Shown: positions 23,539-37,096, counted from the first letter of the whole stretch. The stretch is 63,292 nt of DNA, filler included, from Atractiella rhizophila (GCA_021432655.1; 4 parts of 4 records of this genome joined end to end with filler, not necessarily neighbours in it); one strand, 5' to 3'. The notes: generated by a model from the letters alone, not told the origin. Numbers and translations: made by a program.

Positions 23539-24162
23539 GCGCCCAGACGCGAACGCACCTTCATCTATGCTTCTATGCCTGCAATCATTATGTTCGTTCA
23601 CGCGCATTCCTGCACCTCATGCTCCACATTCCACACTCGCGTCACGTTGTTCTTGCGCAATGGTGCTTTTCTACTTTCTACTGTCGATTGTCTTCGCTCA
23701 CGTGTCACCTATCCTTGGGCATTTATCCCTAGACTGTGACATACATGGCTGCCATCAAGCTGCGAAGCGGACATTTTGGAGCAAAGTGTTTTGACTGGCA
23801 ATAAGGTCAAAGGGAGCTGTCTTTCTGTTGAAACAAGGCATTGAGCAGATGATATTGTCGCCATGTTAAGCGATCGTAGCGAGTCAGAAGTGTGATTATC
23901 AAAAATCACAAATTTTTTGTCATGCTCGGGAAGTTCATTGAGAGAATGTGCAGGTCCAATTTCGCAGAAAGTCACGCGCCACAGAGGATGCTCTTTGACG
24001 TCTGAACTGGCAATTGAATGGCATAGATTGCTGGTGTTCACCTATGCTATGGCAAGCTTGTAGTCATTCGAAGAAAGGTGCGGTGTGAATGAGCATCAGT
24101 AGGACCACTATCAGGAAAGATGGAATAAGCGAGCGAAAGGAACGAGCGAACAAGAGGGAAGC

Positions 24163-24219
24163 GGAAAGAGGAAAGAGGAAAGAGGAAAGAGGAAAGAGGA
24201 AAGAGGAAAGAGGAAAGAG
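24163..24219 (+). repeat. (GGAAAGA)n heptamer microsatellite, about 8 units
   Basis: Direct tandem purine repeat in intergenic DNA. Confidence 0.9.
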
Positions 24220-24684
24220 AAAAAAGTAATTGTGATCGAGTACAGGCGTACGATGCTGGAATACAATTAGATGTGTGTTCACAAGTGTTGAAAATTTGAA
24301 CCCAAGCTGCATGTATAGTTAGATGGAATTTGGGAGGGGAGAGGAATGGACTCTGAGAATGCTAAGACAGATCGAAGGGAGTTCAAGCAGCTACTACTTG
24401 CCTGTCGTCAGAAAGCAGAAACGGTATAAAAGGCAAGTATGGTCGGATGAATTTAAAGAACAAACAAGACGGCTACGATTATTCAAAGGACATCTAGCAG
24501 TTGAAAACTGTTGTTGACAGTAACAGGACACAAACACGGGATTTGAAAACAGTTGAGGAATGATGAATGGATAGAGAGGAATCAATCAACTAATGCCACA
24601 GCAAGCTAATCGAAGTTAAAACCTGTAACCCAAAAATACTGAAGAATGAACTGACTTCAGACGAACTCCTGATGTGACCGCAGA

Positions 24685-27448
24685 TCACCACCCCGACCTG
24701 CCGGACTCCCAGATGTTCTTTTTCGATTTCAACTCCTCTACCTTCACTCCAGAAAGCCTGATATCATAGAGGGGATCTTCGTTCCAAATCCATCCCAGCA
24801 TGCTCTTCGCAATCTTGCCGTCGTCCAAAGCCTTAGGTGCAGCCATGAATGGGGTTGCAGTCATCCCAACTGTGGGGAGCGAGACGTGCCTGGTACCAAT
24901 GTTCGAAGAGACGGGAAAGGCTGTGGAGGAGGACAGAGTCGGAGCTGAAGATGTTGACATGTTTCTAGTAAGATTAGGAAAAGCCAGGTGAAGGGGGAAT
25001 CTCTCGTTCTCTTCGAACTCGGTACCGACGAACGAGAGTGGCGAGGAATTGAGGTATTGTTCGTTCCATACTACCTTTTGGTCGCTCGTCTTCGTCGTTT
25101 TCAGATTGAATGCCCCTCCTTCGCTCCCTGAAGACGTTTTCCTCTCTCCTCCAATGACGCCGAATCCCGAATAAATCCTCTTTCCTTTATCCTCTCCGGC
25201 TCCAGCTCCAGACGCGAAGCCTTTGAACCCTCGATTCGGGTTAGGGGTGGTATTCGGATCGAAAGGGTCGAAATTCCTTCTCCTCTCCATAGTCGAAAGG
25301 GAATTTGCTCTTGCTGCCACCGGATGGTGATTGCTGAATGGTTGAGCGACGTGTTGAGGGAGTCGCTCGACGTAAGAGAAAGTTCTCTTGTATTCCGGCA
25401 TCCTCGCCTCCCAATCCTTTCCGGCACCTTTCATTACAAACTGGTCCTCCCCAATGGTCAATTCCTCCATACCAGTGGAGACAGGGGTAAGCGGAGGCGT
25501 CAAGGGGAGCGTTAACATAGTCCCGTTCCCGAACGTTCCAAGAGACATGGCAGCAGCCGCTTTCATCTCTCTCTCTCGTTCCCTCTTCGTATACTCGCTC
25601 GCGGAAACGAAATTGTCAGCGTTCTGAACATTCGGATTGACATTTTGATCCTGGTTCCAAGGGGAGTGATCAATAGGAACGGTCTTCGTCGTCGCGACGA
25701 CTGGGACGAGAGGAGGCATAGTAGAGAATTGTGGCAGTGTGCGAAACTTGTCCTTTGAAATCTGCCTAAGGTAAAGTAGGATCTTGTTTTGTTGGCCATT
25801 CGCATTGGTGCTGGCGAGGGGAAGATCGGATAAAGAGGATGTGCGAGGGGAGGAAGAAGCGGAGGAGGCGGAAGCGGAAGAGTTGGAGTTTGTAGGAGTG
25901 ATGCTTCGAGAGCTTGGGGGGAGATAATTCATCCTCGTGGGCGAGATTTGATGATCCCTGTGCAAAAGTTCGCGGATGACCATATCCCCTGTTGAACAAC
26001 GTCAACTTATGTGAAGGTAAGAAGGAGGAGGAATGAACGCACCAACTCCACCGGCCAGCTCTTTGCTGACGGAAGGATTGACCCACATCCTAATGATCCT
26101 CGTCTGATCGATGACGCCTCCAGTAAAGTCGTGAGAGGCAGGGAGGTATTTACTATTCATCCACCAGACAAACCAGTCATTTCTCCATCAATCTGATAGT
26201 CAATGAACACATACTTGGGTTGCCTGATCCTTAGGCTCTTCCCACCTCTCCTCCGACCCATCATTCCGCTACCTCCAAACGCGCCATCTCCAAGTCCAGG
26301 AACGACGCCCATCTCGAAGAGCATCCCACCTTCGATTCCACCGCACTCCTGGATGCCGAACCACTCCACTTCATCGAAAGGGATGACTATTTCATGAACT
26401 CCTCTATCGATGAGGACACACAGACCAGCGGGAGGTACGAGACGGAGTCGGAACTGCCCACACCAGATACAGACGTCAGAAAAGAATACAAGAGATGGTA
26501 CACGACGAACCTTGATAAAAGACCTTTCGAATTCGCATTGCGTGAGCAAAGAGCGCGTGGCGACCGTAGCCGGGGTCATAGGGTTGAACGGAAGCGTGGT
26601 AGGCGCAACAACGAGGGATTCCGCTCCAACGGGGAGCATCGATATCTTTGCGAGATGCTATGGGATCCCATCAGTAATACGTTTCAAGTTAAGAAAGGCA
26701 GACGCACAAGATCGAACACGTTCTTCTTCTTCTTCACCCCATCTTTAGACCCATTGTTCCTCCTCGCGCTCGCTGCTCCACCCGTCGCGGCCATTCCAAT
26801 CCCGATCCCCATCCCACCACCGATTCCACCGATTCCCATCCCGCTCAATCCGACGCCGAGTTGACTCGCAAGTGGAGCGGGAGATGGACGTAAGTGGTTA
26901 ATATTCCTGACGTGGGAGGACTCGAGGTTTATGACCATCGGTTTCCTCGCTCCAGCCTGCGTCACCTCGTTCGTCGTTCCATTCCTAAGTAGTTGGGCAT
27001 CGGCGTCGTCCAAATTGTGGTTGACATTGGCGATAGAGTTGGTAGCTGTGTTGGGGCTCGAGAAGGACGAAGCGGCGAATGTAGCGAAAGAAGGAGCGGT
27101 GATGGCGGTGGACGCGTTCCCCATTGCCATTCCCGTTCCTACTCCATTCGCGTTCGCGTTTGCAGAAGCGGCGAATGTAGCGAAAGAAGGAGCGGTGATG
27201 GCGGTGGACGCGTTCCCCATTGCCATTCCCGTTCCTACTCCATTCGCGTTCGCGTTTGCGTTCGCATTTCCACTCCCGGTGAGTTCGTGTCGAGAGAACG
27301 AGAGCGCGTTGGAAGCCGCGAGCGTGGTGAAAGGGTCGGTAGCGAGAGACGAGCCGTTGTACGCGTGAGATGTGGAGTTGCCGTTGGAGTTGGGGAAGAG
27401 ACCGAGCTGGGAGATGTAGGGATGGTCGTGGAGGAATTTGGAGGACAT
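24685..27448 (-). CDS. Hypothetical 5-exon protein with low-complexity ends and a compact central domain
   Basis: GT..AG introns join the 289-aa, 160-aa and 432-aa ORFs plus an exon KYLPASHDFTGGVIDQTRIIRMWVNP in frame. The start is uncertain. Confidence 0.6.
27069..27259. repeat. Perfect 95-nt direct repeat separated by one A (96-nt period, 32 codons)
   Basis: 27069-27163 is identical to 27165-27259 and duplicates ANANANGVGTGMAMGNASTAITAPSFATFAAS. Confidence 0.95.
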
Positions 27449-28675
27449 GGTCCCACTATTACCGGTACAATTGGCCATCCTCTGATCGAAATGGCGATGG
27501 AAAGAATCAAAGATAACCAGAACACAAAGTTGAAGAGTCGAAAATACAATCAAATCGGTTTCGAAGGAAGGATAGTTAGTTTTTCTTGATTGTGAGAGCT
27601 GAGAAGGGAAATGAAGTGGAAATGGAGGAGAGCTTTCGAGGAAGGCAAAGATGATGCAAAGCTCAGTAATAAAATATTTCGGTTCTCGATGTTTGATGAC
27701 AGAATAGAAGGCTTGACGGAGTACTTGATGTTTGAGAGACCAGACGAGCGTCGGTTCAATTTTGAGTCGTCTTCCTTCTTCGAAGAAAGAGAGAGAGAGA
27801 GAGAATAAAGATAATCAGTCAGGATTTGGTGGTAGCGCGCAATATAAGCGAGAGAGTCAAGGTATCTCTGGTTCGAACGAAAGGAAGGACAAGGGACGAT
27901 GATCCAAGTTGGACGAAGTGAAAGAAGCGAGGGTTTTAAGGATTTGGAGGACGATTGGATATGACGCGTGGATAGGACGAAGACACGGAAAGAGAGATGA
28001 GCTAGACTCTTGGAAGGAAAGAGAGGGAGCTAAGGAAGGAGGGGTGGAGACGTACGAGCGCTTGACGCTTTTTGGATGGCCGTTAAGTTGATGGATCGAG
28101 TTGGACTCTGGTTTGAGTCGCCGCGTCGTTGGTGACGGTTGGAGATGGAAGTGACGTTGTGGGTGGTATAAGATCTACGGATTGAGAATCTTCAAGATTA
28201 ACGTGCACGGCCAGTTCCCTAGGAAGTAGCTGACGCTGCTGGTGCTTGGAGAAATACTTCAGAAAAGAAGTGTCGTAGCAAAGGAAGTCAGCGAAGTACC
28301 CAAGAAGACCCTTATGAAGCGCTCAGAAGCAGCGAGTAAGTGATCAGGAAAAGAAGAAAATTGGGGAAACGGTGAGGTAAAAGCACAACGCCCGTACGGT
28401 GCATATCCTCCTGGAACAAACCATAAAGCGCCTTTAAATCATCGCAGGAAATTAATAACGGTCCCCTAATTCAGCACGATCGCTCTGGCGTCAAATATGA
28501 ATACCTAAGAAGCGAACCATTGGACATGCTGTGGTATCAATTCATCGTCCCGAATCATTGACTGAATTCATATTAGAATTCAGGGGAGGGTCAAAGACCA
28601 ACCAGTTTCAGGATTTCAAACACCACCCTTTCAAGGTCGTTCATGACGGGATCAACTAGATTCCATGAGAATTGC

Positions 28676-28775
28676 NNNNNNNNNNNNNNNNNNNNNNNNN
28701 NNNNNNNNNNNNNNNNNNNTTAATTAATTAANNNNNNNNNNNNNNNNNNNNNNNNNNNNNNNNNNNNNNNNNNNN
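28676..28775. other. Artificial 100-nt spacer (44 N + TTAATTAATTAA + 44 N)
   Basis: All-frame stop linker centred in Ns; the same spacer occurs at three sites. Confidence 0.98.
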
Positions 28776-28784
28776 TAAAGCAAC

Positions 28785-31395
28785 ATGCAGAAGCTGAAAT
28801 CGCTCCCCGTCCTCACCTTCTCCTCGTCGTCACCGACGACCTCCGCGCCTTCTCCCTCGAACGCCCTTCCCTCGCCGCTCTCTCCAGGCAACGGCGCAGG
28901 TTCCCGCTCAGGATCGCGCGCGGGATCACGTTCTCGGAGGCCCGGGACGCCGAAGGAGAAGGACCGTCGAGCGCGGAGCGTGTCCCCGAGTCCTTTTAGG
29001 AGGAGCTTTGGGAGTTTGAGTCAGGCGATCAGAGGGGAGAGGGAGAGGGAGAGGGAGAGCGTGGATAGTGGTGCGGAAAGCGATGGGGAGAGCGTGGTGG
29101 GAGCGATGATGAGAGAAAGGAGGGGTGGCGAGGAGAGCGATAGTGATAGTGATAGTCGGGACGGCGATTTTGAGAGGGTGGACGGGCAGAGCAGTTCGGA
29201 GAGCGAGGAGGAGTGGACGGAGGAGGTTAAGGGTAATACTGAGGTGGGTTTCTTTTTCTGTTGATCAGGTCTGTCTAGATCGTGAAGATTGTGCTTTCGG
29301 TGGAACGTTTCGCAATTCTCAGTGTTCTGATTTCAGTGCCAACAGTATGGGCAAGCCACTCTTTCAGTGTCGTGGTCTGAGCTGATTTTCGAACCCTTCA
29401 TGTAGGACATGGGATTGTTTGCTATCGTGTGATCAACTGTCTTGATTAGCTGTTGAGTTTACTATGTTAGCAACAAAGGAAGTTCCTTCGAACTTGCCCC
29501 CTCTTTCGCACTGCAGAGGGGAGGCTTGTTTGAACAGATGTCTCGCAAGAGTCAGATCTATTCAACTTGAGCCAACGGACAACGAAGCAAAATGTACATG
29601 TGACACATTCGCAGTATACGAGCTTTGTCTCAGCGATCAACATTTGGGTTGACCCTTTTACCCCGAATGCTCAGAAATGCATTCTATCGATATTCATTTT
29701 GTTCAGAAGGAATGCTCTCGTTCCAAGTCGCGCGAGCATGAAGAGTAGGCGTTTGTCCTTCTTCAATGTTGGTGACATGAAGTCTTTTTGGATGCCATTA
29801 TCGGACGCCACCTTGAGGAGCAGAATCCGATGGTGTGTTTAAGTTCTCCGTTCGCTCGACCTACATGAGGCCTGACCTTACTTTGTTACGTCTGCTCGAT
29901 TTGAAGGAAAGAATGAGAGCAGAACCGTCGTTATGCTTACGATCTGTGATCTTCATGTCTACAATCGTTGCCGTCATACGTCAATCGATAACCTGCGGTG
30001 GTGGGACTAGACCGTCGAGATGTTATAGACATGCATTACCAGGCAGACTGACAATTTCTGTGACTTTCGTCCTTCCTCAAGGAGCATCGGCAATACCGTG
30101 GTGTTTGTGCAGTTCTCCTTCCGGATCATTTCATGTGCAATTGCTCAGCGCGCACATTCTGTGTCTGAGTTCCGATCCTCCGAGAACATTGTCGGAGAGC
30201 AGTCCGCTCTTCTATCCTCACTCCTCCGCGCGAGTCGTCCATCTGATGGGGAAGGAATCAGGCGAACGCGTCTTCCATGTCACCGATCGACTTTCTGCTT
30301 CAACAAAGCGCGCAAGAATTGCCGATCCAAGACGGACCGAACCTTCTGCCTCCTACGAGCCCCTTTCGTCCGATTCCGAAGCGGAAGAACACGAAGAGCT
30401 TGACGACCCTGGCCCTGCATACGAGCCGTCCGGTGTTCGAGAGGAATCGGTGCACGATCACGATCGATCATGGAGATCCGGAGGGTGTGGGGAAGACGAA
30501 GAAGAGGACGAGGAAGTATTTGGTCGCGAGCGATATGAGCGAGGAGAGCTTGTTCGCTATTGAGTGGGGTGCGTTTCGTGCTTTTCTTGTTTGCTTGATG
30601 TGTGTTGACCTTGTGTGTTGGTTCCACAGCTATTGGAACAGTGTTGAGGGATGGTGATCACGTTGGTTCTTTCTTTATGCCTCGTTGGGAGGTGGATCTG
30701 ATGTTGTGTTGGATAGTGTCTAATTGTCACGGTGATGGAAGACGAGAAGAAGTTGGACTCTGATGACGGCAGCGATAAGACGGCCAAGATCCGAAACCAG
30801 AATGAGAGGCAGGGTCGGGCGTTATTGCTGTCTAAAGAAGGTGGGCTCTCTCCTTCTACATATGTTTCTGCACACGCGTCTGACACATAATGCGACGCAG
30901 CCACCTCGCTTGTCGAACGGACGAGGCTGAATGTGAGGATCATCTGTCAAGCTATCCATGCCAAAAACGCCCGTCATATGTTGGTCGATATGTTCGTCCT
31001 TTCTCTTTCGTCTCACCTTCACAATGAGCTGAACACGTGCAGGATCGACTACCTTGAACCTACGCTGGTGCTGATTGGCTCCCGCGGTCTCGGGAAGATT
31101 AAAGGGTGCGTCTACTCCTCCCTGCTTTTTTGGATTCAGTCTTACACATCCTCTCTTTGGATATCAAAGAATGCTCCTAGGATCCGTCTCGAATTACCTG
31201 ATCCAAAAGTCGTCCGTTCCGGTGATGGTTGCCCGTCGTCGATTGAGGAAGATACCGAGGGTCCATAAGCCCAAGTCGGCGTTGAATCGGGATGCGAGGG
31301 TGCCGTTGGAGATGGCGGCGATTGAGAAGGAGAGCAACGTGGGGAACGTGCATCATGAGGATTTGGAGAAGGAGAAGATGGAGCAGAAGAAGTAG
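28785..31395 (+). CDS. Universal stress protein (Usp) domain protein with an S/R-rich N-terminus
   Basis: KYLVASDMSEESLFAIEW.IGTVLRDGD, LVLIGSRGLGKIKGMLLGSVSNYLIQKSSVPVMVAR. Exon 1 joins in frame (GNTE/ANASSMSP) across a 1018-nt intron. Confidence 0.85.
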
Positions 31396-33056
31396 CTCAC
31401 GGTGAGGAACGGTATGTTGTGTGATATAAGGTCCATGCATTGGGAAGTGGATCTTCCAAAGCAGGCAAGAGCGCACTTGTATGGTACCCTGTATGTTGAT
31501 GTTGGATAGCCAACTAAATTTCAATGCCGAATGTGGAAACAAAATGAAACATTGAACCGCCCTTCGCTCCTGCTTCTCGCTTGTTGAAAGCGCAGGGAAA
31601 GCTCGGTGAAACGCCGACAGCCGAACCACTAAATTGGTCTTTTTTCGCTCACTCAAAACAACCTGAACTCCCGCTGTGACCCCAATTCCTATCAATCCAT
31701 CGCCCCTTTTCACCTTTCTCAAGCACTCAATTGCTGCTTCTGGTTGTGTATCATCTCGCCAGGTTGAAGCTTCGAAGTGAAGGCGAGGCAGCAGGTAAGT
31801 TACTCTCTTCTCTTTGTGGTTTCTGCTGTGATGTTAGTGTGTGCTGTGATGTTACAATTCACCACTCTTATAAGTATCCCCTACTCGCATCATTCTCATT
31901 GCTGCATCACTATTGCTTACTCCCTTCTACTTGATATATGATGCTCATCCCGTTTCCATAGAAAAAGCAACCCAGCAAAACAATGGCAAAATCAAGCGTC
32001 TTCCACTCCGTCCTTCGCTTTCTCACCTCTCCAACTACAATCGCAGCTTTCAAGGGGACTCTCGCTTACGTCCTGGTCCTGCTTCTCATCTTCCTCGATG
32101 GATCCAGAAAGTTCTTGGATTTTCCCGTTGCGTGAGTTCCGGTGATGGTCGCCCGTCGTCGATTGAGGAAGATACCGAGGGTCCATAAGCCTAAGTCGGC
32201 GTTGAATCGGGATGCGAGGGTGCCACTGCAGATGGCGGCGATTGAGAAGGAGAGTAACGTGGGGAACGTGCATCATGAGGATTTGGAGAAGGAGAAGATG
32301 GAGCAGAAGAAGTAGCTCACGGTGAGGAACGGTATGTTGTGTGATATATAAGGTCCATGTATTGGGAAGTGGATCTTCCAAAGCAGGCAAGAGCGCCCTT
32401 GTATGGTACCCTGTATGTTGTGGATGTTGGATAGCCAACTAAATTTTAATGCCGAATGTGGAAACAAAATGAAACATTGAACCGCCCTTCGCTCCTGCTT
32501 CTCGCTTGTTGAAAGTGCAGGGAAAGCTCGGTGAAACGCCGACAGCCGAACCACTAAATTGGTCTTTTTTCGCTCACTCAAAACAACCTGAACTCCCGCT
32601 GTGACCCTCAATTCCTATCAATCCATCGCCCCTTTTTCACCTTTCTCAAACACTCGACCGCTGCTTCTGGTTGTGTATCACCTCGCCAGGTTGAGGCTTG
32701 AAGGCGAGCCAGCAGGTATGCCCTTTCACTTCTCTTCTCTTTGTGCGATCCTTGCTTCTGCTGTGATGTTACAATTCACCACTCTTATAAGTATCCCCTA
32801 CTCGCATCATTCTCATTGCTGCATCACTATTGCTTACTCCCTTCTACTTGACTTGATATATGATGCTCATCCCGTTTCCATAGAAGAAGCAACGCAGCAA
32901 AACAATGGCAAAATCAAGCGTCTTCCACTCCGTCCTTCGCTTTCTCACCTCTCCAACTACAATCGCAGCTTTCAAGGGGACTCTCGCTTACGTCCTGGTC
33001 CTGCTTCTCATCTTCCTCGATGGATCCAGAAAGTTCTTGGATTTTCCCGTTGCGTG
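31216..33056. repeat. ~0.92-kb tandem duplication (31216-32134 and 32136-33056) of the Usp 3' end and the ArAE gene 5' end
   Basis: Near-identical copies with small indels, separated by one A at 32135. Confidence 0.95.
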
Positions 33057-36000
33057 GGTCCTCATTTTCTACCTTCCCTTCAGGCATTTGAGGCTGATGT
33101 CGACGGGATAGATATACGAGCGCTGTCGTAGTGACTATCGCTGGCTTCCCTGGTAAAGCAGTTGGAGCATGGTTCGTTTTTCTGTTCCTCGACCCCCTGA
33201 TCTCTCCAAATGGTTCACAAGCTAATTAGATGGGGTTGGCGCAGTCTCATGTCCGTCACCCTCGCAGTCCTCGGAGTCTGTCTCGGCTGTCTCAACTTCT
33301 TCATACTCGCCAAGCTGTGGCAATGGCCAGTGGCGCAAGGCTTTGTGTTTGCTTTCATGCTCTACAGTCAGTCGTCCATTCTCTTGACTGGCATCTCGTT
33401 TTCTGCAGGAAGCTGATGATATGGGTATTAGTTCTCAATTTCATCAAGTCTAAAGGATTGCTCTTTTTCGGTTTCTCACTGCTTTGCATCCTCATGTCCT
33501 TTAATGGAATCTACACATCGTTCGCCACCCTTTTTCCCTCCTAACCACCTTAGTGACTGACCAATGCAGGTTGTTGGTTGGCGGCTTCAACGTGAACTAC
33601 ATGACCTCGTACTTAAAAGCCTATCTCTGGGGAGGAGGTACGCCATTTCCTCCTTTCATTGATCCCGGCTTTTCTCATCCTCGAAACAACAATATCAGCG
33701 ATCGTGGTCTTCGTGAACGTCTTCGTCTTCCCACGCACGAGCGAGCGCGAGCTCAGACAGACTCTCGACCTCTCGCTCGAGCACATCAGGATCTTCTCCC
33801 ATCTTCTCGCAAAAACTTACAGCCTCACCATTACCCCTGAGGAGGTCAAGATTAGAGACGAGCTCAACGCTAGTATTAGGGCTGATATCGGAGTCCTGCA
33901 GGCAAAGTTGGGCGAGAGCTTGATGTCCGTCCTTTCCTGTCTTTGCCTTTTTTTCCATTCTTTCCCCCGCTATTCGGCTATTTGAATGGCTTATTGATCA
34001 TGTTGGGGATGACAGTGAGATAAATTACTCCAAATGGTCCCTTAACGACTATAGGCAGATGGTGGCGAAGACGAGGGAAATGCAACAATCGCTCTTGGCT
34101 ACTTGGAGCAGTCTGAATGGCGTTGAGAACCAAGACATAGAATACTTCAGGGACCACTTCGTCGACAGTGCTAAGGAACATTTTGGCCAGCTTCGAAGAG
34201 GTGCACCTCTTTCCCTTCTTTCCTTCCTCGTTCAGATCGCTGACAATACGCCCTCGTTCCTGTTGTGCACAGACGTGCATATTTCCATCACGGAGATTCG
34301 CCGCGAACTCGCCGTGGGAGAAATGGTGACGACGAAGGAGCAAGAGGATTTAGCGGAACTCGACAAGCTAATGGAAGAATCATCGCCAATAGATCAGAGC
34401 AAAGCTCCTTCCATTTACCGTACCAATGCCTCCTCCGACGATGATGATAAAGAAGGGGAAAAGAAAGAGGACGACGGAACCAGGATCAGGAGGTCACCCA
34501 CCACTTTGTCTGGCCTTTCTTCCGCCCAGAGGAGAGCTCTCATCACCGACCTTCAGCAGAGGCTGGCGGAAGAGGTAGGTGTAGATGAATCTACGAATGG
34601 GGATGGGAATGGGAATGGTAGCGCTACCGATTTGGAGAGCGGATCGGTTGGAAAGGAGGAGAAGGAGAAGGTGTGTCGGTCTGACAAGCTTTGGAAGGAT
34701 TGGGGAGCCTTCGAGAAGGTGACGTACGACCTCATAGGCGACAGTCTGTCCTCCGGCCAACTCGTCGCTGGACACGAGGATCTGCTCGTGGAGACCCCAC
34801 TGCCCAGTTTGAAGGATCTTTGGGGATATGATGTCCCGAACCCGAAAGAGGCAAGGGAGATGTTTCCCAACGTTACAGGAAAACATGTTCATCACCATCT
34901 CCGTCCTTACCAGCAAGAAGGAGCGCGAACCTCAAGTCGACGCGTCAACCTCGAGGCACCAAATCCCGCCATGGTCCCAAAAGGGAGGAGGGGTAGCGCT
35001 TTGTCGTCATTGTCTGAAAGACGGGTGCTGGAGAGGAGAGAAAGTTTGAGGAAAGAGGAGGAGAGGAGGGACTCGATATCTGGGGTTATCGATGATGTGA
35101 TGGAGGAGGAAGGTGCAGAGGAGGAAGCGGAGAACTCGCATCATTCCCTCGTTCGCGTGTACAGTTGGCTCTTTGCTATGCGACAGTTTTCCCATGCCCT
35201 CAAGTCGATGCATGAACTCACGACGGAGGAGAAGAGGGAAGTGGGGAAGAGGAGAAGGAAGGGAATACATTTTCACATTTTCGAGAGCATCAGGAGGGAC
35301 AATGGATGTCCGGAGGCGAAACAGATGCAGCAGGAGGGCAAAGGCAAGGGGTTGGGAGCTGAGATTTCGAAGGAGAAGCAAGGGAAGGGTATCGATCAGA
35401 AGGATGTAGAGAGAGAGCTCAGTATGCGAGAAGCGCTGGCTCTGCTGGAGGGGAGAGAATATACGCCGGAGAAAGTCACGATTTGGCATCGCTACAGTCG
35501 TCTGGAGGGATTTTTGAGAAGCCCCGACTCTATTTATGCCATCAAGGCTACAGGTAGGCTCTCTTTCCTCAATCTGATGATGCTGATGAAACCTATAGCG
35601 GCGGTCATCATCTACGCTTCCCTCTATTGGTCCACAACGACCCGAGCTTGGTTCACACATTACACCCTCACTGGTGGTCTCATCACAGTCGTAGTTGCCC
35701 TATCTCCTACGTAAACTTGCCTTTTCATCTCCCAAAAAGCTCGCTCATTCTAAGAGTTAGTCTCGGCCAATCGCTCATTACATTCATCTTCCAAGTTCTC
35801 GGGCAGGGAGTCGGATTGATCGTCGGGATGACCCTCTGTTACATTTTCCGCGATGTTGGAGGATACAAATACAATCCCTACGGTCTACTTCCTCTCATGG
35901 CCGTTTACGCTTTCATTCTCTCATACTTCCTCTATGCTAAACCTCAATTCTTTGTCGCCCCTTTCCTCGCGCTCAACTCTGCCGCTCTCGTCGTTGCGTT

Positions 36001-37096
36001 CGAATACATCTATACGGCTGTCCCTCACTTCGACGATCCGCATGTCAGGCTGTACAAGGGACTCACCTCTCTTGCAATCGCTTTGGGAATTGTGGCCGTT
36101 TTCCAGGTGTGTCATAACCCTCACTTAGAGTATCAAAACTCATATTGTACCAGCTTGTCATTTTGAGAAACCCTGCTCGAAGAACATTGAGAAAGGTATT
36201 AGCACAAATAACTTATCAAAACCTGAGCTACTCTACCATACTCTCGGCCTTTGTGAGGGCGAGTGAGTTATATTCCCCCACCAGACTTCAAGCAAACCTA
36301 ACATGACATGCATCATTAGACCTGTCAGCCGATCCTCAAGTCCAATCGCGACCAGACGAGAAGGCGAGCACACGAGTCTACCTCGAGCTCATCAGGAGAG
36401 AAAACAAAATTCAATCAGCTCTCGTCAATATCATGCCTCTGGTCATGTTCTCGCAATCAGAACATTCGTTCACTAAACCGTTCCAAGCAAAGCATTGGCT
36501 CCGAATCATCAGGTTCGCATAAATTTCTTCCTCACCAACCATGCAATTAACAACAAGATGACGGTATAGGGCAAATCAGATCATTCTAGACCGGCACAGA
36601 GATGGCAGGCTCGCTGTCGGTGTGGGACCTACCGCAGAGATCATTTCCAAGCACTTCGTGACTGGTACGTTGCTTCTTTGATGCTAACTGTTGTCTAAGG
36701 CATTTGCAGTATTGTCCCCTTACCGACGAAGAAATATCAGACTGTTGAGGGGTGCATTTTACGCCATTACCACCTCTCTGACGTCTAAAATACCTTTGCC
36801 AAGCGAATTGCCAAAAACAAAAGAAGTCCTCCCAGCTTTCATCCACGATGCCTTGGTACTCAGGTCCGCTCTTTCCCTTTCGCTGGCCATGTAACTTGAA
36901 ACTGATGTCTGCATTAATTTGCAGCTCACGTATAGCGAAAACCGATGAAGGGAAGGAACTTGTTCGCTCAGAGGAGTTCACAAGATACTGGTTCTACCTC
37001 CTCTCGGCTACGAGTATAGGTTTCCAACTTGAGGAGATGGAGGCTGCGATGAAAGCGATGTACGGGGAATTGGAGGATGATCCGAATCTTGGATAG
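32905..37096 (+). CDS. Multi-pass membrane protein of the aromatic acid exporter/FUSC-like (BRE4-type) family
   Basis: Two transmembrane bundles separated by a long hydrophilic loop. Motifs FPRTSERELR and SPDSIYAIKA...LITVVVALSPTLGQSL. Many introns. Confidence 0.72.

Noticed and set aside
23346..23732. Long C-terminal extension of RPL25 in the 228-aa ORF
   Set aside because: Intron read-through. Splicing restores the canonical RPDGKKKA...NKIGFI* end.
24163..24219. (GGAAAGA)n as a CRISPR array or telomeric repeat
   Set aside because: No spacers, eukaryotic context and an internal location. It is an ordinary microsatellite.
28720..28731. TTAATTAATTAA as a piggyBac target or other biological motif
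   Set aside because: It is always centred in exactly 44+44 N, so it is an artificial all-frame stop linker.
29835..30563. 242-aa plus-strand ORF overlapping the Usp intron and exon
   Set aside because: Non-ATG start, out of frame with the conserved Usp exon, and no motif.
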